A stretch of DNA of 20,000 bases from positions 241,578-261,577 of the forward strand of contig CAJNYD010000023.1 in NCBI GenBank assembly GCA_905331295.1, given 5' to 3'. Source of the stretch: Rotaria socialis. Lineage: Eukaryota. Below the pieces are notes generated by a model that was given only the letters and a program-made list of their open reading frames with translations, was not told the origin of the DNA and ran no database searches. This document shows, piece after piece, positions 1-11,000 of the stretch. Made by a program: the position numbers and the translations under genes. Position 1 is the first letter of the stretch; every line of letters begins with the position of its first letter.

Positions 1-333
1 AAACGGATGTGAAAAGAAAAAAAGTGGCACACACACACGCACATATAGAAATCGAATTTGTTTTTAAAGATTTTTTTCTCGTTGTTTTTAACAGAAAAAC
101 ATACAACGTGCATAGGCGCAAGAGCAGATATACTTTTAAATAAGTAAAAACAAAAATATATACGAATCATTGCGCGATTTCTTTCTGGTTTTGTCGTTTC
201 GCAATCTATTTTCGAAAGAATATTATGTACAAAAAGAAAAACGACAGAGACATCAAGAAACTGAACAATCAAAAACAAAAAACCGAATAAGAATTTAAAA
301 TATATGTTGGAACATGATTTATTTGTCTAAGTT

Positions 334-3300
334 TTAGTCGCTTTCACTTATTTCACCTTCTTCATCTTCATCGTCTTGAGAATTCGTGGGTTTGGTTTCA
401 TTCGAATAATTTGTTGCTAGTGATCGTTTATCGTGAGTAGATAATGAATCTTCATTAACATCACTACTATTCGATATTTCACTTAATTGAGCCAATAATT
501 TATCGCGTTTTACGAATAATTGGTCCATATCTTGAGGATCTATAACAAAATTGAAATAGTATAATTTTGCTTTTGATCTAAACTTATTGAACTTACCGGA
601 ATATTTGGTAATGGGTTTTGTTGGATTATTTATCTTTTTTTTACCGTTTGCTTCTGTTTGTTGTAATCCTCCACCTCGTCGATTATTATTCATATTTGCC
701 GATGCCATTGTGGTATCACGTTTTGGTCGTCGAATAGAAAGACGTTCTTCGGATTCGTACTTGTATTGATTATAATTCGAATTTGGTAGATGAGGTCCAA
801 CGTTTCCCATTGCCATTGAATGCGGTTGCAAGTCATATGGTGGCCTCGTAGGTGGTGGATATCGATTGATAGGATGGTGATGACTGCGTGATGCTGATTG
901 CATTAACGGTTGAAGTGGCGCTGGTGGATAGTAAGACGGTTGCATAAGTGGTGGATGATGATGTTGTTGATGATTATGTAGAAAATTGAATCGACCACCA
1001 CCATTTGGCGGTTCAACTGGATGCATCATTGTTCGATTCGATGGTGGATAATAGGGATGATTTGGTAAGAGTGGTGGTACCGGTTGTTGATGCCCATAAG
1101 GTGGCTGTTGTTGTTGTGGAGGTAGAGATTGTGGTGGTCCTGGAAGTAAACCACCAGATTGTCTTGTTGGTGGCCAATGTGATTGATGATGAGAATGAGG
1201 ATAATGATGATGTGATTGATAATGCATTGGAGCTGATGGATAATTATTATTATTGTTATTGTTGTTGTTATTATTATTATTATTATTGTTGTTATTATTA
1301 TTATTAATATTATTATTATTATTGTTGTTTTCACTAAAGCCGTTATCATCATCATCAGCAGCAGCGAAACTCTTTGAACGACGTCGTTGATGATATTTAT
1401 TTGAATATCGTCTCGATGATCGACGTCGACTGCCTCGTTTACGTGATGATGACGAAGATAATGATGAAGACGACCGAGACCGAGATCGAGAACGGGACCG
1501 AGAATGAGAACGTGTGCATGAACGCGACCTTGACCGTGATCTTGATCTTGATCGCGAACGAGATAATGAACGACTAGGTGTAAGTACAGGCAATTTTGAG
1601 GCAGACGATGGATTTATCGCATTTTTTAATTCATCAATTAATGTCATTGAAGTTGCTTTTAAGGGTCGATTTTTAGACGCTAAGATCTTGCTTGTATCAA
1701 TCAACGAAGCTGTTGTTAAATCAGCGATATTGGCATCAACTAAAACAAAGATATCGATTCGCTCATTTCTATTTTACATACAAAAGAAAATAGTTTCAAT
1801 AAAAATTTTTCGATCGAAATAAATCTAGTTCTAGTGTTTAAAAAGTGGATTGGTGAAAGTTGAGCACGGAAAGATAGAAACTGGAATTATAAGCACCGAT
1901 AAAATGAGCATAGGAAAAATAAGCACGAAAGAAAAAAAACTTCAAAAAAGTAATGAATAAACATAAACCAATTTAGGTTAATTAGATCATATATAACATA
2001 ACAACATAAGCATAATAAGTACGAATTCTGTACAATAGTCTAATTATTCACACTAGACGAATATAGAGAACGTAATTAATTGTGCTTTTGGGTGCGTGGT
2101 TGTTACTCTTATTTTACCGTTTAGTGATACCCACACCCACACTCTGTCATAGACTGTAAATAAATTTATTGTGTCAGTCAATACACTGTATCTGTATGAG
2201 TTTTGTTTTTTTCGTGCTTAACTTTCCTGTGCTCATCTTTCCGGTTCTCTTAAAAAGTACGTTAACAAACCTGCTCCATTACTGCCACTTTTACTGTTAC
2301 TGGGTTCGACAATGGTATGATTTTGATCACTACTTTCAGATTGCGTTCGATGTTTTGGACTATCGAGTTCCATTGCTACACATTCGAAATCATCCACAGA
2401 TGCTGATGGTTCTATCATATTCGTTGCATATGTTTCAACATTTGAAGCAAGACCTAACGACGCTTTTTTTTGACGTTTTAATAATTGTTCAGTGCGGCTA
2501 TCAGTTGGAAGAGGTGGTGTTATTGAACGTGGTTCATCTATTTTCGATAGTTCTTCATCAACAGCTCGCATATTTTGATGAAAGAATCGTCGAGCGTTTG
2601 AATCATCTTCTAATTCTTCATCTGACGATGCCGAATCCCAAATATTATCAGGTTTATTGATTTTCCAAGAATCTTGAAATTCATTAGAAGTGATTGGTAA
2701 TGACACTACTGACTGCGAATGTGGTAGAGTTGATGAACAACTTGGTCTTGAAATAGGGCCGCTACCAGGTGGTGTCGAAAATGTTTTTCTAGAAAATGAT
2801 TGTAAAACATCATTAGTTGATCCTAGAAGATTAGATTGACTGGGACGAGAATCAATAAATGATTTTGTTGATGAAGATATAGATCGAGATGATAGTGATG
2901 GTGGTGGTGGTGCTAATGGCAATGATGGCGGTGATGGTGGTGGATACAACGTTGATGATGGGTCCTAAAAATTGAATTAGAAATATAAAATTTTTGTTTA
3001 ACTTATTTTAAGAAGACGATTATTTACCGGTGAAAGAGGTGATTGTGATTGTGAATGTTCAATACCAATTGAGACGGCACGAGGAAAATTTGAAGTTGAA
3101 CGTATGTCATTATCAAGTAATGGTGGATAACGTTGATTAGATACTGATATTTGTTTTCCGACAATATTATCATCAAGACGTATAGGTGATAGTGGTGCGA
3201 ATGAATCTACATTGTCCATCAGATGTGTTGGTGCAGATCGATTTGGATGTGATGGTGAGCGACGTTTTGCAGGCGATTTGTGCATATTAGAAAGGTTCTT

Positions 3301-4789
3301 TTCTGACAAATTCGAAGCGTTGTTGTTATTAGTCAATGTATTTCCAGGCGCAAGAATATCAGACTTTTGATCAGTAAGACTTTTTGATGACATTGTTTTT
3401 TCTATAGATTTTTGTTTATTAGCTGGATTTAATTTTGGTATTTTTCCAAGTGTGACAGGTGATGGTTTGGCTGAATTTGACTCAGTTGATGGTTTAGTAG
3501 TTGCTGCTGCTGCTGCTGAATTCAGAGTATCTGACGATTTTTTCTCTGTTACTTTTGACGATGATGTGACTGAAGAAGGTCGAACAGGCTGTTTTTCACT
3601 GTTGTTATTATTTAACGGTAATTTATTTGTTGTCATCTTTATTGGTTTCTTTGGTGAAACAGTCGGAGTTAGTTTTTTTGTGGTAATCACTGTTTCTTTT
3701 TGTATAGGTATCGGTATGGGTCTGAAGAAGAGAAATTAATTTGTAAAAAAGAAAAGTAAATTAAATATTTCAGTAATACTTTTTTATTGGTTTCTGTTCG
3801 ACAAGCTTATTAGTTTTAATATTAGTACTCGGTATATTATTCTTTTTTATTTGTGTTGATGATGGTACTTGCTTTAATCGTACATTTACTTTTGATTGAT
3901 CATTGATATTTTGAGATTGTCTATTAGTTGATACAATAGCATCAGTAGATGTAGTAGGTTTCCCTAAGATGATTGCAATTATGAACGATAGGTTATAAAC
4001 AAAATAAACTTACTGGTAGCATCTTCATTAGTCGATAACGAAGGTAATGCCGTTTGACTTGTAGTATCACTAAAAAGAATTATAAAAAAAAGTATAATTT
4101 CTCAATATGAATTAATAAGATGTAGCTAACTACTTTGTTTGATTTTGGTCTATGGATATTGCACAAGAGCTATTTGAGGGCACAGATGTTTTATAAGAGT
4201 TTAATTTTTTTGTTGCTGTCGTTCGTTCCGGGATAGATTCTTCGATAGTAACAGATTTTTCCTGAATGTGTTCTTCACTGAATAAACAAGTCGAACTTTT
4301 TGTTGCCATTGTTGATATATCAACAGATGTTTCATGAATAGTTTCATTACCACTTTCATTAAAGAATTGATTTGACTTTGGCATAACAGTTATTGTTGCT
4401 TTAATTGGTGATTGAACAGATAGTGCTGGTTCTGATTCAGGTATAGGCGAATAATCGAGTGATGAAGAATTTGATTGTTGATCATCACCTGTTTCATCAT
4501 CATAAATATCTTGTCGAATACGATAATTTGAACTATCTTGAACCAATGGTGGAACTGTTGCTACAATTAATGGTTCATCTTGATCATCACTACTATGTGT
4601 TTGTTCGTCTTCTTCGTTATTAATTGGACAAGTGGGTGATGCTCGATATTGACCATCGATTTTTTGAATTTTTGTTTTTATTAATGATGTATGACCATCA
4701 GTATCTGATTTTGAATGACGATGAGAAGAGATTGAACGTTTACGTAATCGGTTTGTTAATGTTATTGTTGTTGTTGAACCTTCGTCCAT
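334..4789 (-). CDS. Uncharacterised, largely disordered protein of about 1229 aa (S/T/P-rich, RS dipeptide tract, poly-N, P/Q/H-rich block, acidic C-terminus ending DDEDEEGEISESD)
   Basis: Four minus-strand ORFs plus two small exons join in frame through canonical GT-AG introns. Exons: 4789-4134, 4069-4014, 3963-3780, 3721-3028, 2964-2271, 1739-334. Total 3690 nt = 1230 codons including TAA, and all phases match. AATAAA at 323-318 follows the stop. An in-frame TAA just upstream of ATG 4789 blocks N-terminal extension. No family recognised. Confidence 0.8.
1243..1327 (-). repeat. Coding (AAT/AAC)n microsatellite encoding poly-asparagine
   Basis: Imperfect (tta/ttg)n run on the plus strand. 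It translates as an N-run of about 28 residues interrupted by one Ile in the 334..1704 ORF. Confidence 0.9.
1855..2250. mobile_element. Decayed MITE-like inverted-repeat element inside intron 5 (1740-2270) of the orphan gene
   Basis: Left arm 1891-1943 (aagcaccgataaaatgagcataggaaaaataagcacgaaagaaaaaaaacttc) resembles the reverse complement of 2198-2250 (agagaaccggaaagatgagcacaggaaagttaagcacgaaaaaaacaaaactc). Both arms are built from a ~15-nt GGAAAnnTRAGCAC unit. The intron is 531 nt versus about 50-65 nt for the other introns of this gene. No TSD found. Confidence 0.6.
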
Positions 4790-5042
4790 TGGAATGTTTT
4801 TTATCGGTTAACAATACGTACTAAATTGGAAAAAAATGTCCATGATGAACTGTTTCAAAAAGAATTAAAAAAGCTAAGTACCATTTAGACATTGAAACTG
4901 AATAAAATAAAAAGAATAATTTTTGCTTTCGTGATATGAAGAGTATTTAATAATCTGAAAAATAATTTCGCTACTAATATTTATCTTTTTGAAATAAAAA
5001 TTGAAAGAAAATAAATCTGACGAAACAAAAGGAAAAAATAAT

Positions 5043-6919
5043 TTAAACAGTTAATGGCTGTCTTTTAAATGCTAATTCAATCATTGTTTGAGTTTGTATC
5101 CATAAATCTTGCGTTAACTGTGTATTATAAACAAATGATGATGGAGAACCTTCATAGCAATTGTTATAATAAATAGTTGGTTCGTTTAAAACAGATTTCA
5201 TTATAGAACAAAATACTGGTGTTGCTGCAGCTTGTTGCTGTTCGAATGAGAAAAACATGATTAGTTGTAGTGTGATTTTTTTTTTAAATTTTTTACCAAA
5301 GATTTCGAAAAAGGACGCGCAATTGTAACAAAAAATCGATATAAATAGGAATTACGAGTTAAATCAGAATTGATTGCATTACCAGGATGACAAGCAACCG
5401 AATAAATTTCTACAATATGTAACAATTATATTACTATGAAATATATTTTGCAATACAACAAACGTGGATAATTTCGTCGAAATTCAGCAATAAACATAAT
5501 TAAGCAAAGTTTCGATTGACCATAAGCAAGTAAATTATCAAAATGATGTGGTGAACGCGGACTTAGTCGATCCAATATAATACCGTTGAGCATTGAAATA
5601 CCTGGACTTCTAATTGCATGGAATCAATGAGTAAACTGTTTAATAAAAAAAAACAAATTTAATTATTTACTCTACGCGGTGCGATTCACAACTAATAGCA
5701 ATAACACGAGGTGGACTATCACTTTTTGTGGTTATCATCGAGGTAAGTAATCCAACTGTCAAATAGGCTTGTGCCATATAATTAACTTGAAACATTTCTT
5801 CATAACCATTTTCAGTTAGTTTAAATCTTGTATTTAAAACGCCAGCATTTAATATAAGCAGATGCAATGGCCTAGAAAATAAATTCTATTAAGAACTAAT
5901 AATGGTAGTGAAATAGTAACAAGAATAAAGAAATGCAAATATCAATTATGTTAATTGTCTATACTATGTTGAATAACACTTACAAAGATTCTTGTCGATA
6001 TTGTTCAGCAAATTGTTTAACATTACGTAATGAACATAGATCTAATTTTCGACAACTGACATTTGCATTTTCCTGAAATATTTCAATTATTTTCAAATAT
6101 ACATTCTTAACAAAGATATAGAAGTAATTACCTGCTCTTTAATAATTTTTGCACAAGCAGCTTCACCCTTCGCCATGTTTCGACAAGCTAGTATAACTTG
6201 ACAACCATGTTTTGCGAATGAACGTGCAATTTCAAAACCTATTCAAATATTCGACTATAATCATTTCGAAGGTCACATACGATATCTACCTATGCCAGTA
6301 TTAGCACCAGTCACGATAGCTGTTTTATTAGTGAGATCCATTCCATAAAGAATTTGCAATGCATTTGATTGATGTCCGAAATTTGAACTAGAATCTTTTG
6401 TTACTGGATTCTTCGTATATGCCAGACGAGGATCTCCAGTGGTAATAATTTTATGTTGTTCACTAAATATAGAAATGATATTCACGTCTCTATGAATTTG
6501 TGGGAAATCTTCCAAGTATTTGTAAGAAACAATATTACACTCTTTATCATTGCTAGTCGAATACTAACTATTGTTTTTAATGGGAAATTGAATAATCAAA
6601 AGGACTTGGAGTCTTCTGATTTTCAAGTCAATAATTATAAGAAATGATTAAACATACTCGATATATAGAACTGTTCCATCTTTTTCAATTACTTCTTTCC
6701 AACCAAATGGTAAATCTAATAAACGAAACAAAACAAAAAAGATAAACGAAACATTTGAGATTTTCCCTATCTACCTGGTGGTATAATTTTAATTTTTTTT
6801 GTAATAGGATGTTCCCATTGTGTGTTTTTTGTTTGATGATCAATATAAAATATTCGTCCATCATGTGTCTTACCCATTTCCCAATTACTTGAAAGTTCAT
6901 CGTCAGATTCATCGTTCAT
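5043..6919 (-). CDS. WWOX: WW domain-containing oxidoreductase (two WW domains + SDR domain), about 408 aa
   Basis: Exons: 6919-6775, 6715-6658, 6462-6290, 6238-6132, 6072-5984, 5871-5671, 5609-5464, 5409-5297, 5237-5043 (1227 nt, in frame, GT-AG). The translation starts [38 protein letters not shown], then DLPFGW...[16 protein letters not shown] (TGxxxGxG), [26 protein letters not shown], the catalytic YGQSK (YxxxK), HPGN and RPFSKSLQQAAAT. All match recalled WWOX motifs. Confidence 0.95.
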
Positions 6920-7061
6920 TCTATTAGCTTATCTAAAAACAAACCAACAAACAAACGTTCTTATTTTGATCGGTACTAAAAAGAGAGAAAACATCACACA
7001 ACGATAACAAGCAGAGAAAAGTGATCATTTCAAAAGTCAAATAATAGGTTTCTATTTTATT

Positions 7062-7553
7062 TTAATTTTCTTTATCAACTAAAACGCCTGAATCTTGTGG
7101 TTCCTTCTTTGTTGCTCCCGAATCAGCAGCGTTGCCAGCAGATTGTGAACCTTGCTGCTGTTGTGTTGGTCGTTCATAAGAAAAGTGAATATCATACTTT
7201 TGTTTATAAGCAGTTAATTCTTTTGCTTTTTCTTCAGTCTTTTGTTTAAAACTTTCAATAACATTATTTATTTGTTCACGATTTCCTTGAAGTGCTGGTA
7301 CAACTTCTCCAACGGTATGTTCAATAAGAACACCACCAATCATACGATAGCAACGACGTTGTTTATCCGTTATTGTCGATAATGTGGAAAGAACAAGATC
7401 ATGCTCTTTTAAATCCGTTTCTAAATCTTGAGTTTTTTGTACTAATTGTGTTTGTTCATCACGTAAAGCTTGAAAACCCGACACAATTTTTTGTTGTTCT
7501 TCAGCAGTTAAAGCTGGTTTTTTTCCAGATGATGCAGTAGTTTTACTCGACAT
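7062..7553 (-). CDS. PFDN2: Prefoldin subunit 2 (beta-type), 163 aa, intronless CDS
   Basis: Contains QKIVSGFQALRDEQTQLVQK...EHDLVLSTL...RRCYRMIGGVLIEHTVGEVVPALQGNREQI and a C-terminal GVLV, which are characteristic of PFDN2. AATAAA (7061-7056) directly follows the stop. Confidence 0.95.
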   Translation of the reverse strand: MSSKTTASSGKKPALTAEEQQKIVSGFQALRDEQTQLVQKTQDLETDLKEHDLVLSTLSTITDKQRRCYRMIGGVLIEHTVGEVVPALQGNREQINNVIESFKQKTEEKAKELTAYKQKYDIHFSYERPTQQQQGSQSAGNAADSGATKKEPQDSGVLVDKEN

Positions 7554-8021
7554 CTAGAATATAATTTAGAGTATAATCTTACTTATACATATTTTTAGCA
7601 GTTTAAATTTGGAAATCAGAAATTTATATTATCTTCTTAGAAGAAATAAATCTGCAAATGCCAATAAATATTACGAATACTGACGTTAGTGGATCATTGA
7701 TGACATCATACCCGTGAAAAGAAAAAATTAAGAGACAAACAAACAAGAAGAAACAAACACATATGTAAAGTACCAATGAAAAATGATATGACAACCTCTA
7801 AAACTATTATTTTTATGTAGTCGAGAATTAAAATTTTTTCTGACGAGCCAAATGATAATAAATATCAAAGAAGAAGATAATTTAGACAATGTAGATGTCA
7901 CCAGTTGAAATGTGGCTGTAGTCAAGTGAACGATCGGATCGATGAAATTATGTGAACCAATAAAATAATTGCCATATAGCTAAAAGAACGATCAGTATCC
8001 CTGGATTAGTATCAAAAAGAA
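7554..8021. promoter_or_regulatory. Putative bidirectional promoter region between PFDN2 and rotatin
   Basis: Only 468 nt separate the two divergent ATGs (7553 minus, 8022 plus). No specific motif is confidently identified. Confidence 0.55.
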
Positions 8022-11000
8022 ATGCCAGAGGATGATTTTGATAAATCATTTTCAAACTTAATCTCAAAATTAGGTAAAACGAAAATGAAAATGAACTATT
8101 TTTCATCTTGATTTTTTACGTAGGTCATCCCGTTGAAGAAATTCGACTACGTGCACTAGAAAGTCTTCAAGCTAAACTTGATTTAAAAATCATTGCTGAT
8201 GTCGACATACTTCAATATAAATATTTATATATTAAATTACTTGAATGGTTCAATTTTCCGTCGCCACCAAAACGAGAGGTTGTTCTCGATATAATTTTAA
8301 AACTTTCTAAAGTATGTCCTTTTCTCTAGTACTATTATGAAATGAATATGAAATCTTGCTTTTTTTTATTTCTCAATTAAGAATGAATCAGCAGCATATA
8401 ATCTTCATTCAGTTGGTGCTGTTGATTTTTTTAATTCACTCCGAGTTGATTTAACACCTGAACTCGAGCGTCGTGTTGATCAAATTCTTGAAAATATTCT
8501 TGCACAACATTCTATTACACAATCATCATCATCATCAAATCTTAGTCGATCGAACTCAAGTATGAATTTTTCTAGTCATTTTTTTCTTCATGATATGAAG
8601 GCGAGGATTTTAAATCTTTTGATGTAGCATCATGCCAACTTGTTCGATCACATATTCAAGCAGAATCCAGAAATTCAACAATATTACAATCACCTATATT
8701 TAATTTCAGTCAACATCAACCTGAACTATCATTTCATAGACATGAATTCACTTCAACTGGATCTCAAAATGTATCAAATCAATCAGGAATGAAGGGAATA
8801 CTAAAAACGACGGCCCCACCATCGATTTGTAATCTATTGTCAACATTTGATGGTAAAGATAAAAGAAATCATTTCATATTTTTAATTTAATTTTTTTCAG
8901 AAAGTCAAAATGGAACAACGTGCCAATTTATTACATTATTTCCATTCATTCATTTAACGCAATCAGATCGAACTGTTCTGACAAATTTAGAAAAGTCAAA
9001 TTTATTATCTTCATATTGCCTTATTTTACGTTGTTTTCTTTTAAAATTTTTAGTGCTCTGCTGTCACGAGATGATCCTTTAGTTGTTATTAGTCACTGTC
9101 ATTTTTTATCGAATGTAGTTCTGAATGATTTTCCTGCAGAACTTTTCTTACAAAGATCATTTATCGTTAAGGTAAATTTTGATTCAATGATTTGATTATC
9201 ATTATTATTATCTTTTATTTATAGCGTTTACTAGCTTTATTAAATGAAAATCATGATGATCTTATTAAAGCAGCACTTTCATGTTTAAAAGATTATGCAA
9301 TTAATTTGCAACGACGAATTAAAATTCTTCGTGACCCTGCTTCTTTCTGTCCCAAATATAATTCAAATTCAGGTATTAGAAAAATATACAATTATAATTT
9401 TATTTTGAAATCTTTCAAATTTAGATGCTTTAAAAGAACAAATTCTTGATGATTTTAACAATACATTGACAAGTGCTCGATCTGTTTCATCAATCAGCTC
9501 AGCAACATCCAATGGTTATCGTAACCCATCACAATGGTAATATTCAATCATTTTCACTCTCTCGTACAATTCATCTTTGCTAGGTCTTTAAAATATGATG
9601 AATCTCCTCAAGTTGATCAACCATCATCATTTGATATACTGGATTTTTGTTATGCTCTATTAATCGGAACATTAGATTTATTACGTCGATTAACACTAAA
9701 AGATTGTCTTCATACATGTTTACAATTAAACAATTCTGTTTGCCATATTATTGATCTATTTGTTAAACATAACTATGGAACAATGAATGTATGAAAATAG
9801 AACACGAATATTCTTTCTTATAGATAATTTTCTTTCTTTTTTAGTTTGAATACTATTCCGTCTTATTCTATCGTTTACATTCATTAATTAAACAGCAATT
9901 AACAATAGGCTATACATTTCAAAGTCGAACAATCTATATTCATAGTTTACATGTTTTTTCAACTCTTTTACATACAATAGAATGGTCTGAGGAGGTAAGA
10001 TTTTTTTTCGTCAAATGAAAAAGTGCTTTTTGTTCGACGAAAATTTATTTTAATAGATAGTTAATCAATTACCGCAAGAATTTAATGAATTAGTTTATTA
10101 TATTTTAATGGATGAATGTTTTAATTTATCTTATCCACATATACGAGAACGTTTATTATCTATAGCTGAAAAATTTGATAAAGATAATTATCAAGTTTAT
10201 ACGAAATCAAATGATATTTGTTGTTCATTTTCAGCTGCTTGCCAGATTTTAACCATGGATGAAAACAGAACTCAAGTAAATAATTAAATAAGAAAAGCAA
10301 ATGGTTTGATTTATTTTCAATTTAGAATTATATGAATATAGTTAAATATGCTGATGAAGCTTTGTTAGGTTTACCTTATCACTTAAATTTTAATGTTGTT
10401 AAACGATTTATGAATGTTTGTTCCAAAATGTAAGTAGAATCATTTTCACAGCGAAACAAAGTTGAATTTCTTTTTTCAATTTCAGTTCAACAAATAATTC
10501 GAAATGTGATTTATCTGAAAAGAATTTTTCACTTGATGTTTTAATTAAATATATGACACATGAATCTGCTGAAATACGTTCTGCAGTTTATTGTTCTATA
10601 GCAATGCTCGTTGCAGTAAGAAAACTTATAAGAGTTTAGTTTTGATTGCTTCCTTGTCTTTCATAGAGTCGTTTGTCTGTTGAAGAAACAGTTAAAACAA
10701 CCAATAAATTGAAGACAAATTCTACTTTAGCTGCAAATTTTGATGATACCCAATTTGTATGTAATGTTCGAATAATAACAGAATTATGTGTGAATGGCAT
10801 CAATGATTTGGCATCAAAAGTAATTGATCGTGATTATATTTATATATAGACTTATATTTTTCTAAGGTGTCGGATTATTGTCGATTAGTTCTTCTTCATC
10901 TTCTTCAATCAAAATTATTAGTATCAAATGAATATTGGAGAAATTTCATGGCTAATATTGCAATACTTTTACCACAATTACAAGTAGAAAAATAATTTTC

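Noticed and set aside
28..42. Short (CA)n run
   Set aside because: Too short and too common to be informative.
2271..3721. Two consecutive exons both exactly 694 nt
   Set aside because: No sequence similarity is visible between them, so this is treated as coincidence rather than exon duplication.
587..4824. Plus-strand and alternate-frame ORFs overlapping the orphan gene (e.g. 1005-1307, 1514-1822, 2169-2660, 3452-3739)
   Set aside because: These are shadow frames of low-complexity coding sequence with no splice or homology support.
6685..6912. 75-aa ORF from the ORF track
   Set aside because: Wrong frame. The WW domain is encoded from ATG 6919 in another frame and is spliced at 6775.
7728..7925. 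65-aa minus-strand ORF between PFDN2 and rotatin
   Set aside because: Non-ATG start, no recognisable motif, and a length expected by chance.
7965..8010. Possible RFX X-box motifs upstream of rotatin (attgccatatagctaa, gtatccctggatta)
   Set aside because: Only half-site matches to GTNRCC-N-RGYAAC, too weak to call.
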